NCBI RefSeq assembly: GCF_964204645.1
Contig: NC_134035.1
Location: 1,426,001 to 1,490,000, forward strand
Reading direction: 5' to 3'
Length of the DNA stretch: 64,000 nt
DNA from: Tubulanus polymorphus
Lineage: Eukaryota; Animalia; Nemertea
Shown here piece after piece: positions 43,501-57,097 of this stretch. Position numbers and translations under genes: made by a program. The notes beneath the pieces are model-generated. The model was not told where the DNA came from. It did no database searches and worked only from the letters and a program-made list of their open reading frames with translations. How positions within the stretch are numbered: position 1 is the first letter of the stretch; every line of letters begins with the position of its first letter.

Positions 43501-44828
43501 CTATAGTCAGTTCTCCGAGATCAACGTACCTTACGCATTTTACCGCTACTGAAAGTCGGTGTACACATTGAACGAACATGTTTCCAATGATCGTCGTCCA
43601 ACATTGTCAACATTTTATTCATAATCGAACTGTCGGTCATAATAAACTTCTACAAAAAAATGATAAATCGCAAAATACATAATTCGGCCACGATACAGTT
43701 AATCCACATCACTTTCTAGCATGGATTAAGTGATGTACAGACAACAGATAATCCGTAGTTCTACAGATTAACTTTGATTTGCATAAACCGTACGATTATT
43801 CAAATGACCGACCCGTACTTAAAATCAGGTGAAATGGTGACTTAAGAATCTTCTTTCGTGGAATTTCGACTTACATTTCTATTAATAAAAGATGCCGAAT
43901 CTTTGATGGCGATATTTTTAATCATGTCCAAATCACTGATCATTATATACGGTACTCCAGCAAACGTGTTCCTGTGGAATATATATATATATATCTATTT
44001 CAATATGGTGTGTCCACGATTGTGGGTATCTAACACTGAAAGTTTAACCCATACGCAAAACTGGGACCAGATTAAAAACAGTTATGTAGCTCATAGTCAT
44101 TATAGTCTCAGCAGTGGCGGATAATTGAGGATTGACAGTACAAAACTTACCCAATAACTTTCTTGTCTTTAGATTCGTTGTACAGAAACCGATCAAATTC
44201 AATAAGTCCCTGCAAATAAAACAACAATTGAAGATGAAAGAAAACAAAGAGCCTTGTTAACAAATCTAATTGAACGTAGCTGCTGTTTATAAGATCCGTA
44301 CCATTTTCATGAATTTATAGCCTGATCCGAAGAAAGCCTGAAAACCGGTCGGCGTTTCAATTCCGTTCGCTCTGATCGCATGAAGCGGGCTTTTAACGTA
44401 GCTAGAAAAAAACCAAATTTAACAACTTTTATAAAGGGTCAGATTAATGAACTCATAACAACAATGTACCTATATTGGTAGGCCTATTCTGTTATCCAAT
44501 ACCAAATATCATCTATTCTAAGGACAAACAATACAATAGCAGGATTTTTCAAATTGAGAAACATGAATGAAAGCTTTCGCTGATCTTAATTCGGACAGAA
44601 CAAACTCAACAGAAACTAAATACATATGTTTTTACTTCCTTTCTGATGGTTTAGCCATTAATTAATTAGATTACTTAGCATGAAAGATGACCGCGGACCT
44701 CTGGAAGTTTCAACAATTTGAAAAATTGCAAGCATATTAATCACTACTTACCCATAGTAGTAGATCAACAGGATGAGTAAAAGTAATATTCCAAATACCC
44801 AAACGGATATACCGAAAAACACATCCAT
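40534..44828 (-). CDS. Cytochrome P450, CYP3 clan (paralog A), about 14 exons
   Basis: N-terminal anchor [26 protein letters not shown]; C-helix [19 protein letters not shown]; I-helix [15 protein letters not shown]; K-helix ETSR; PERF; heme motif [10 protein letters not shown]. The frame is open across the exons checked. Confidence 0.92.
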
Positions 44829-46472
44829 CTCACTGGTCACAACTGCAATAATCTAGTAGCAGCACCTAGTAAAATAAAGTCAGAGTTAGTTCATATGAGT
44901 AAAAGTCTTTGCCCAGGTTCTGCTGATTGTGCAATATCAATTTAATCATTTTTAACCTCGATAAAGCGTTGATATATCGACTACTCATATGTTTATTTAT
45001 AGACTCTGACGCACATCAGTCAGACATATCACAATAGAACTATAGTTTCAAAGTACACTTCATTGCCAATGAGATTTTATCTACGACAGAATCCACTAGA
45101 CAATTATAATCATCATATTTTTTGCTAGTCCCAGAATTACATTAGCCTAAAGGAAATTCATTTATTTATCAGTTTATCGGCGTGGAAAAAATCATGATGG
45201 ATTATAAAAAGCCATAATTGATGATAGTGTATTCTTACATATTAAATAAAATTCTGTTTGTGTAGTGTTTGAGTTCTCTCTATTGACGCACTACCACCGG
45301 CAATTTTAAGTTATTGACGTCAATTCATTGAAATGATACAAAAGATTTGACATTTGAATCCAATGTCAAATGTTCATTTTAACGTCTTTTAAGCTTCTTT
45401 AAGTTGATGCGAGGTGATAAAAGTTAAGAAGAAAAAGTTTGCCTAATTATAAAGATTGAAACCAACATGTCAATCCCATTGCAATCACTATTGCACTAAT
45501 CGGTTAATTATACACACTAAAAAAAAAAGATCTATTGACAGATACTCACAACAAACAATCTGTCAAAACGACATACAAGCTTCAATCTTCCACTTACTAC
45601 TTACTACTTACAACTGTCCAATTCAATTCAATTGCAGTTTTAATACTTACAATAGTGGGCTATTATTTGCAAAATATAATCAGCTTTTGTTGCTTTAAGT
45701 AAATACAGACACATCCAGCTAGATTGTACTCATAGAAAAGAAAAGACACACTTTTACGCACAAGTTATAGATATATCTATAGGAATAAGAATCCATTACA
45801 AAGAACGCAAACAGTCAAACCTCTGATAATGACGCGCCCATGGAAGAAGGGCCCATAATTTTTGGAAATGTTTCTACGGTCATGATTCGACGAGTTAACG
45901 ACATTGACCACCAGATTCCAAGTCACAGGAGCTGCAACTCATTAGAAAAGGAGACATATACTAGCTCATGGGCTGTAGAGCTGGAATAGGGCAACTATTA
46001 AATGGAGGACAAGCAGATATAGGCTGCGCAATCTATAAGATTTTCCTCATCTGTTCCACTATTATCCTCTAGTATTCACCGTCAATGTTATGTATAGTGT
46101 AGCGCTTATAATGGTTGCGATACAAGAGACAATTTTCAAAAACCAAAATGTTCCACTGCTTGTTAATCTAAGGGAATACGAAAATGATATAGAATTAGAT
46201 TTATATCATTTACGTATAGGTGAAGTTAAGTTTGTAAGTTTTTTTCAATTTAGAATTTCCTCCTTAGTATCAATTTGCTTGCTTATTAGAAGCATTAGTC
46301 GATTACACTAATTTCCTCTGATCCGTCCAAATACCAACAAAAATTCCTAATTGAATGTAACACACGAATAAATGAAAAATTGCAAAACAATCAGTTATTA
46401 TTATGCAGAACTTAATAAAGAAAAGTTTATTTAGAATTTTGATAAGTCAACAAATCTAGGAAAAACCTCTTG

Positions 46473-46937
46473 GGGGCTGTCCATACAAAGTTGCAATATT
46501 ATGACCCTCCCTTAATCCATGTCCAAAGAATCTCCACATTACACTAACCCCTTCCCCTTGTTCATCAGACAAAAAAGTAATCAAAGACATCGGATGTCAA
46601 GTCATGCGAAATAATGTTTTTTTCATCATTTATTATACACTACTACAGTCAGTTTGTTATTCCATACATTATCTCAAGAACATTATAGGCTAAATATTTC
46701 TCCTCATTCGAGGTTGAAATCATCCATGTAATGCACTAAATGATGAGTTCTGAATGAACTAAGTCAGTTTATTTGTAGAGAACATAGATAGCCTACATTA
46801 TCACCCATAAACATAGTGTCCCATTGGTGATCACCACTCCCCTCAACGAAGGATGTCCACATCCAAACCTTAAGTACCCCTTAAGCCCAAAGTTCACGAA
46901 CCCCCACGACCTGAGACATCTGATATGGACAGCCCCT
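46473..46937. mobile_element. Tourist/Harbinger-like MITE
   Basis: TIRs GGGGCTGTCCATA and TATGGACAGCCCC; a related element is at ~61738-62114 (GGGGTCATCCATAAAGTACATA / TATGTACTTAATGAACAGCCCC). Confidence 0.6.
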
Positions 46938-47673
46938 TATCACAACATCTATAAGATAATATACTCTGTAATATAAATATCATTTGTGGAATACATTATA
47001 TACATATAGAAATATTATATAAAATTGCACTACAAATTTAGAAATACACTCGAGAAAATATCAGCTGAAATCGATGGATACAGAATATTTCACTACATAT
47101 AGGTCTTTTTTATCAAGATATTCACTGATGTGTCGTCCTATCATCCAAGTAGATAAATAATTTTTATTCAGTTTCAATTGTATGAGGTTTCTAATTGTAC
47201 TTTAAGCTATTGCGATTATTCGAGTTCACATTTTGCGGAACCTACTTTAGAAGTTAAGATTATAACGTCTGAAATTATATAATAACTTGCATTTGTGATA
47301 TTTGAACCCATCCACCACGTGCGTTCCGGTTATGAGTAAACAATAATACATGAAAAGAATTGGATCTGGTTTAGATTTTCATATACATCATTGACAGACT
47401 GACCCAGCAGTCCTTCATTTACGACACTCATTTCTGGTCGCGTTTTACGTGGATGGATCTGAAGACATTATTTGCTAGCTACATTGCCAAAAATAATATG
47501 ATCTGGAATTTCTAGGTACATCGATACAAAACACGTCATTAAATTCGTCCAGCGATCTTCGATCTCGTAAGAAACACGGGTAAAACGATACAAAAGTGTA
47601 AAATGTGACGGCATAGTTGAACATCAAATGGAGATACAAACACCAGATGAATTGTCACGGTTCGTCAGCGCGT

Positions 47674-50600
47674 TTATTCTTCACCGAAGATGATTTTCTC
47701 CATTTTCAAAATGACCGGAGATTTAGGTTGACCGAACGTATCCTTAACCAAAGGAATCTGTATGAAATAAACATTGTTTATTTCATTAATCAGTAGTTTT
47801 TGCGTGTGTTTAATAAATCTAATCTCATTACTTACGGTTGTTTCTTTACACGGCACAAAACGGTAATTCTGCAACACGGTCGCCAGGCCGACCTTCGCTT
47901 CGAACAAAGCCAGACGTTGAGCGATGCAAACACGAGGACCCAATCCGAACAACATGAAACTGCACGGGTGCATTCCTTCTCGATTTTCAGCCGAAAACCT
48001 ATCAAAAATTGAAACATAGAATTTGTGAAATACTTGTAAAAAATTTGAGGCTACTTGTACAAACTAAATTCTAAAATTCAGCGGAAAAAACATAAATTTC
48101 ATAAGCTTAAGGCAGGTATCACTCTTAGATGGATAGCTTTGCTAAGTTTTACAGTGGATGAAACCTCTATAACAACCTACCGATTAAACTGTTTTTTGGT
48201 CCCTTCAACCTTGAGATCCACAGGGTACTAGCTCTTGAGTGAAAATTACTCACCGATCGGGGTCAAATTTTTCAGGTTCAGGCCAAATATCTGGGTCCAT
48301 GTGAATAGCGTCGACGGGTATGGCAGCCATCCAACCTTTCTCAAACAAGATACCATTCATTTCAGTAGTTTCGTTACAGATACGATCGATTCTAAAAATA
48401 CACATTAAAATATGTTTTATCCGTGCCTACAGTTTCACGACAATCTTTAAACTTTAACTAATGCATAGAATGATAAACAGTATTACTATCAAACTCTACA
48501 TCAATGTCATCAATCAACGCTAAAGTCATCGACATAATGACTATTTCAACCACGAGGACTTTGACTGCATATTTGTTAAGTGTCAGTCATCTATCCTTGG
48601 GAAGAAGAGACTTTCAATGAGATGATGATCAAGAGGCTCAGATGCTTGAAATAACCAGTGGATAGTTGACACTGCGACAATTAAACAGAGCATTGACCAG
48701 ATGGTTAACTCTAACCAACTTAGAGCAACTGGCGCAGAGATTTTAAGAGTACCAGGTAAGTACCGTGTAGCAAGTGTATGTAATCTACTGGCTTCGTTGA
48801 CGACCATATCCAGATATTCAACTTTACCAATATTGTCATAATCTGGCGCCTAAAATGATAAAAGATCATGCAATTTCATTAAAGGATAACTAGAAACCAT
48901 CGACGGAAAAAGAACGGATCTTTTTCAAGATTTACCTCATTGCCGATGATATCGTGGATGTCTTTGATAAGTCGATCCTGTGCATCGGGGTTCAGAGCCA
49001 AACAATACGCCACGTACATCATGAAATTCGAAATATTTTCGTAGCCACCGAAAATGAAAGCGAACGACTGCGCCAGAATTTCCTCCCGCAATAGACCTGT
49101 CGAAAATTCGAGAATATTACATCATATATAAAATACAGAAAATTTTGATGATATCACATCAATTATATATCATATAAATTTTGAGTATTTTGAGTAACTG
49201 CGGCCCTAGGGGTTAGATTGAATTTTATCCGCACCTTTTGACGTCCATTTCATTTCATTTGTTTCTCTGTCTACGACGTCATCGCTCACGTACGACTTCG
49301 CCATCGTTTGTAAGAAGTCGGCGCGACTCTACAAGTTTGAACGTTCAGGTAAAAATTGTCAGCTTTTACATTTTTTCGAAAAGTGAGTAGTACATAGATC
49401 TTGAACCCAGGGGTCCAGGGACACCGCCCACACTAGGTGAAATGCTTAACGCTGTCTTAATTTCAATATTCGAAGCTGGACGATGTACGAAAGGTAAAAC
49501 ACAATAGCTCGTTGGGACTAAATCTAAAAATGTTGAATTGTAACCTGATCTTCGTCTTCGCGTCTTTCCTTCAGAGCCCGATCGAGAATCGTTTCAAAAT
49601 ATTTCATCGTTTCCGACGGCAACATCGACATTATACCGAGACGCGTCAACAGTGAGAACAACTTCGGAGCCATAACTGAAATTATTGAATTCAAATCCGA
49701 CTCTATTTTTGAAAGCTCAGAGATAACACTGCAGCAAATACAAGAAGAAATCCACGTTTTCAACTTACATAATAAAATCACGCCTAAACTTTTATCGGTA
49801 AATTTTTGCATCAATTTCTTCGCGTGGACGACAATCGGTTCTTTAGGATTCTCCAGTGAATTCACTTGTAATCCGAATATCGTCGCGGCCGTTACATCCA
49901 ACGAAAAACAACCAAACGCACTGAAATTCCATTTAAAAATGGGTACACGTTTTACTCAAAAGTTAAAATTAGTTCCAATGTTTTAAATCTAGTCAAATCT
50001 TAACAGAAAAATGAGTCATGGAATAAGAACGTGTCTAATCCCTCTCAAGGGCTATAATTCGAAAAAAAAAGAATTCTGCAAATTCGATTATGAATCTTTT
50101 AATCAATAATTCCAACAAAAAAAAATCACTAGCCCTGTTTCATTCCTGGCAGGTGTGGCTGGTTCGTGAAGGACACTCAAATCACCGCAGTTGAGTTTGA
50201 TTTAGTGGTAAGCAAGCAAATACTTACTCTTTTACTGTAATCGGTTTGTTTTGTTCGACATACGGACGGAAATTGTTCACCAGGTTTTTGGCACCGTTCT
50301 GCAACATGGCGTTCATCTGTAGGAATAAAACAAACAGTTTAGATTTATTCATCTAAACCCGGAACAAACCCTCGAACATAGCAGCAATTATACAATTTAT
50401 ATATATGCGAGGCCCTAAGATCAACGTACCTTACGCATTTTACCGCTACTGAAAGTTGGTGTACACATTGAACGAACATGTTTCCAATGATCGTCGTCCA
50501 ACATTGTCAACATTTTATTCATAATTGAACTGTCGGTCATAACAAACTTCTACAAAAGAACAATAAATCAAAATCAAAATACATAATTAGCCTGAAACGC

Positions 50601-52050
50601 TAATAGCGGCCATGTTGCCAGTAAACCTCCTTTTATTATTTGTCCCGTTCTCATTCCGAAGTTCAGAAGATATTGTAGTACAGAGGGACAAATTTTAAGT
50701 ACATCAATTTTCTTTATGTATGAATCTATCGTCTTTCTAATGTTATTTGTGTTATAAAGATTGTACTATCAATAGACGTTAGCTAGTGAATTACAATCAG
50801 TATTACGCAGAAACTTATGAGACATATTTTGACGTACTCCGCAGAAAATCTTCTTCATACTTAATTGAAGTTACTATTTAGTGAAGCATAGATGAATGAA
50901 ATGCTCGCAGTAATATCAGACGTGACGTTTATAGTCGATTGTTCTTTATACGGAACTTTCCGAAGACGTTACATCGCCGTTGCACATGAAGCGCCGACTT
51001 GTTTCAACGATTACATTTCCCATAATTTCAACTTACATATCTATTCGTAAAAGATGCCGAATCCTTGATGACGATATTTTTGATTATGTCCAAATCACTG
51101 AGGTGTATGCACGGTACGCCACTGAATACAGTTCTATGAAAAGAAAAAAATACTTATTTCAATACAGCATACAGCGTAGTTATCTTAGACCGCCCAGTGT
51201 TTTCAATAAGAGCCAGGTCCCAGGTCCCAGACCCGTCTGTCGTTTGTAAACTAAAGGATCCACCTGTTTTTCAAACCAGCTTTCGTTTCCGGGACCATCC
51301 TGTTTTTCAAAGGGACCTGGCTTGTTAATTTCTTATTGAAAACACTGCTGTCATACTCAATTGTCTATTTTCAGAGGAAGCAAAGCCGCACTGACTACCA
51401 AAATCCTTTACTAACTTACCCAATAGCTTTCTTATCTTTATAATCTCTGTATAAAATCCGATCGTATTCGATAAGTCCCTGTGCAAATGAAACAACAATA
51501 TTGATGATATTCGATCTCGTTAACAAATTGAATTACGTGTAGCTGAGATGTATATAGGATTCATACCGTTGTCATGATTTTCAAGCTAGATCCGAAGAAA
51601 GCCTGAAAACCGGTAAACGTTTCAATTCCGTTCGCTCTGATCGCATGAATCGGGCTTTTTACGTAGCTAGAAAAAAAACACATTGAATAACTTTTACTGA
51701 TTGAGAGATAATTACTGAATTATTCTGAAGCAAAAATCCGACGTTCATCCATTTTGAAGGAGTTTTTAAGGAATCAAGGAGTCATAGGGGGGCCCTGTTA
51801 ACTCGTGACCAGGGATCCATTTTTCGGCCCCTAATTGTTGAGGAACTAGGTGAGGTTTTCATAAATGCCAACTTAAAGCAATTAAGCTACTGGGCATAGA
51901 ACGATGGCTGTGGACCTCGAACAATTTGAAGAAAGCAAAATAAAGAATTGCAAGCATATTAAAAATTACTTACCCATAGTAGTAAATCAACAGGACGAGT
52001 ATAAGTAATATTCCAAATACCCAAACGGGTATACCGAAAAACACATCCAT
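47674..52050 (-). CDS. Cytochrome P450, CYP3 clan (paralog B), about 14 exons
   Basis: Same exon structure as paralog A; ATG at 52050 ([13 protein letters not shown]); [25 protein letters not shown]. Confidence 0.92.
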
Positions 52051-55000
52051 CTCACTGGTCACACAGCAATAATCAAGTTAGCACCTAGGAAAATAAAGTC
52101 AAAGTTAGTTCATATGAGTAATAGCCTTATATTGGCCAGGTTCTGCTGATTGTGCAATGTAAAAGCATTGATATTATGTTTATATTTAGTCTTGACACGT
52201 CAGTCAGACCTCCTGCATAGAACTAGTTCTGGGGTGAACATTTTAATGTCAATGACAATTCTCAAGGAGAATTCAAGGGTATTGTTCATAATCATGTGAG
52301 CGCATGCGTCCGTCTGTCATAAACAACCTGCATATTAAATCTGCACAATACAAACAACAGTTACATTTAGGCCTAAATGAAAAAAATATTTTTAACGCAG
52401 CCAAATTGCGTGATTCACAATTTCACCGAATGCATTGCACAGTTGTTGATGCCGATTAATATAAACTCGCTAAAAGACTGTAAAATTATAACCAAATAAG
52501 GCATATAGCCCGGGGTGTAAACAACAAGCTACAATCTTAGGCCACAAAATTATAGGCCCTAACCAAAGAAGGAAAGTGACGTTGTAAAAGCTACCGCCTT
52601 ACGTCTACAATATAGTCTGAAAGATTACAATTTTTCTATAGGCCCTATTATTAGTGGGATTGCACATTCAAAGCCCAAAGGCAATTATCAGAGGTCTTCA
52701 GCTAATTCTGGATTCCTATTCTTCAAGTGTCAATGGCAAAGCTGGTCAAGTTTGTGTCACATCACAGCACAGGGGCTTATCACAATTTGATGGTGGAAGG
52801 ATAACACTAAGTGGGCCTATCCCTAAATAAGAAAGGGATACTGGTATCATCCATCCTCCATCAAACAAATAGAGACAACCCCTCAGCCTCAGGTTTGGGT
52901 CAGCAGTTTTAACTCAATCTGACTGGTCTGAAGAAGTTTAGAACTATCAAAATATTTCATCATTTTAGCAAATTTTCGTGGATTTTTTAAATGTCAATTC
53001 CATTAAAACTGTTAAAGTGTTAACTTAATTATTTGCGCTCATTTATATTATCATATTTCACTGATAGTTTATCGTTAACACTAAAAAACAATGATTTATT
53101 GACTGATACTCACCAATTAATTCCTGTAAAAACGACAGACGAGCTTCAATCTTCAGCGTACAACTTACAACTTACAACCTACGACTATCCTGCCTCCCAT
53201 TAGTTCACGTTTTTACCGCTAACGTTATTTCTAGGGGCAGCACTTAACGGTCGAGATTGGACTCCGGCTTCTGTGGCATTCGAGTAATAAGAAACCCACT
53301 TTGGGTTCGAATGCTGCATTTACTAAAAATTTGGAATTTTATTAAGTTGGTTATGATAAATAAAAGTTTTTTTTTCTAATTTTTCTCGCTTATATTTCGT
53401 AAACGATGTGGGGGATGAATCGTGTTTTTTTCCCCATTGCAAATGACGTAGTATAAAAACTTCCAGAAGTTATAAGATAACTCTTTAAATGCACTTTTCA
53501 AAACCTGTTCTCAAATTACTCATAAATTAAAATTCCCACTTTTATAAACTGATATCAATCTAATAGAAATTACTAGAAATATTTCCCTGCTGTCAGTCTA
53601 GAATGTCTTAGACTAAAGGTGGTAGTAACCAGCCCAGTATCCACATTGGAAACCATCAATAGAGTCCGGGTTCGAACCTGTGACATCACACATGTACATC
53701 CTTGGTCCAGTTTCATCAAAAAGTATAAGATTGGTCTAGTTTTATATGTTGACCTCATTGAAAATGATGAAATAACCTGCAGCAATTTCAAGAACCAGAA
53801 ATTTTAGTTTGATTTTTTATGAAATTGATTCAGGCTTGTCGCAATTTCAAAATGATGCCCTCAAATGACTTAGGGGGTTAAAATCTTTCATTTTAGTTTG
53901 ATTTTTCATGAAATCGATACAGGCTTGTCGCAATTTTAAAATGATGCCCTCAAATGACTTAGGGGGTTAAATCATTTCCTTCTGTGTACATATGTGCATT
54001 TACACTTCTTAGGGACTTAAACTGGCGGCTAATAAATTGGCAAAATGTAGAAAAATGAATCTCTGGCTGCACCCTGGCAGATTGTCTCCGACATCAACTG
54101 AATCTACGTATCCAAGATCTTCAAGTGAGCAGAAATCCTCAGAGAAAACAACAACGAATTCTGTAAATAAACTGAAAACAAGAAATTTTTATTTATCATA
54201 GCAGTGCAGCAATATATATCTATAAAACAGCTGAAACTCACTAAATTGCACATGTTTTAATGCGAAGATAATATCGTGCTGATTTTTCTAAATTTCGACT
54301 ATAAGAATTTCGGATACAGCATCGGACCGATAAATATGCTTTTTTTTCAGCAGCCAAAGGGGAGATAGCACCAGTTTTAGCACCATTTTATTAACACCAG
54401 AACAATTTCTAGTCTTCGCAAGCACTTTTCGAGAAAAGTGTTTGGCAGCAGCAGCGGCAACAGCAGCAGCGGCAACAGCAGCAGCTGGTGCGCGTGTGGA
54501 TCTCACCACGGTAACAACTTTTGAGTTTAAGAACTACATGTAGATACAACATTGTCGAACAACACTTAGTAAAACAAAGTATAGATGCATATGTAAATCG
54601 ATGTAATTGATTAGTAATTAAACGACGAACATTTCACTTACTGATAAGAATAATCATAATATAAAACATAATACAAGTCATTCATTTTCTTTTAAATAAA
54701 GTTGAATATACATAATAATCTGAACAATTATAGATGAATGAAGCTACATCGGTTTTGTAACGAGCACAAAAAAGGGCAAGACTAGAAGACAATCAGACTA
54801 GATAGATCTCAAAATAAGGAAAAATCATCAATAAATATAAATGGTTAACGTTTTGGTTATAAAATCGTTTACAAGGAAAATCGATAAGTATTAATACTTC
54901 ATCGAGCGGATGTTAACATAATGAATTACGTAATAAGATAATAATGTTATTAATAACAACAACAGCACATATGATATATGTATTACAATAGATATGAAAC

Positions 55001-57097
55001 ATAATGTACATGAGCAGAATGTACATGTACAATGAACGAGATAATCAATTATTCAAAAATCGAGAGTTGATTTTTTTTTCGACAGAGCACTAGTTATAGT
55101 AGATGATACTTTTTACGCGGCACATTTGGTGCACTAATCATAACTAATTAGATATCCCCTATAACTAAGATCATAGAACTGAAATCATATTTGATTTCAG
55201 TTCTATGCTAAGATGTAAAATATGTTCAATGTTAGTGATGACATGTAAATGATTGTTTTAATAAGTCACCGTGTTTTCTATTAGTTTCTTTCCCAAATTG
55301 CTGACTGTGGTGAGAACGCACAGGACACCGCGCCCGACTCGGTAACACATTTCTGAGTTACTTTAAAACTCTTCACACAGAGCCGAAATCGGTTTTCGTT
55401 TTCAATTACTTTTCAACCGACGAGTCGAATTTCAACTGACAACATGTACAACCGAGTTCAGAGCTAAGAGAAGCTACTTACTCCTACATGTACATTTATT
55501 GCGTCATCATAACTGCACAAAAGCTTTATGTACAAGAACTTATCCTTCTTATCCTCATAGAACGTTCATATTGAAAAGAACACACACGTGTTCACAATGA
55601 ATGACGACCGTCGACGCGGCTGTGGCGACGACGCGGTGGCCGTCAAATTGTTTATAACAAGTGTACATTCCGCTAAAAATGGTATACGCATGCAAATCTA
55701 TAGAATCATCGTTATCGCTAATAGTAAGAGTAGTAAACAGTCGATGAGAAATGGACGATCACAACATGATTTCGACATACCACGGACAGCAGCGGTGGTG
55801 GTAGCGTTATCGGTTTTTTTTTTGTTGTTGAAATAATGAATGACGTGAAAATTACGATTTCAGTAAACAACAATCCAGTATAGGCTTTAATAAATAAACA
55901 AGCACAAAAATGCTGAATTCTTATTCCTCTTATCATTTTATATATTACAGAATAATAACGGATAAATATCGACTTCAGTTAATTATAGTTTCAGCTTTCC
56001 ATATCGAATACAACTTAAAATAACCTCGTCACAGTCGCAGTTAACGACTAGTTAAGAGTAAATCGTTTGTTGAAGCTTTCGCATTGGAAAACCTGAACCG
56101 AATAAATATCAAACCCCGCGCCTGGTTACCCCGACGACTACAACAATCATCATCTTCCGTAAAATCGCGTGAGAAAAAATTCAGCATTTAAACGCGGCAT
56201 TTTTTCATTCATCGTTTTTTCAATTCGAGAAAAAGAAACAAAAAAAGAAAAAACGAAATTACGAATATCGATCATAATAATTATCATCTTATGACACGAG
56301 TCGTATGAACGAATCACGTGCGAGTGAATGTTGCGCTATGATATAATAAAATGTACAGATTTAACGCAAGCTTTTTTTTCCCAATGATTGCAAGCGAGGC
56401 TGCCGAACAATAAAGTGCTTCATTTGTTTGAATGAACGAATGATGAGGAGGAAGATAGATATATTGTTGATTTCATCCTTCTTCTTCTTCTTCTTTTCTT
56501 AGTTTCTTCATTTAGATGTTTATATCACAAGTGCTACAAGAGAAATGATGTTTACACATATAAATGTTTTGGATGCAAATTTTTGAAATCTCCTCAGTGG
56601 ATCATATGCCTGACCACCTTATGGTGGAAGTAGGTACCAGATTGTACCAGATATTATGTACTCAAGGAAGACCCTCCCAACTACTTGATCGGAATAGCCT
56701 CAGAAGCTTCCCACAAACTTAAATCACTAACTTTTCTGAACTGTGATAGTAAGGCTAAAGGCAAAAAAATTTCTGCTGAGCTCAAATTGTTGACCAGGCC
56801 GGCTGCCCATGTACCCTGTATTATTTCAAAATCATGATCAAGCTGACCATAACAGACCCGGCAGTTATAGAAATGATTACGGTACAAATTTCATTGCAGT
56901 TCAAAAAATGACCTGGCCAATCAGGAAAAACAAGGTACCGTTATAGTTTTGAGTAAAAACATTAACTTTCCAATGAACCTAAGCAGTGAATGGTACAAAC
57001 TGATATTTCATAGAGGAACTTTGAAAGTGTTTCTAAGTAAAAATGTCAACTGTAAGAGGTACAAATGTGCCCATACCTGTAGGATACTAGTGCATTT

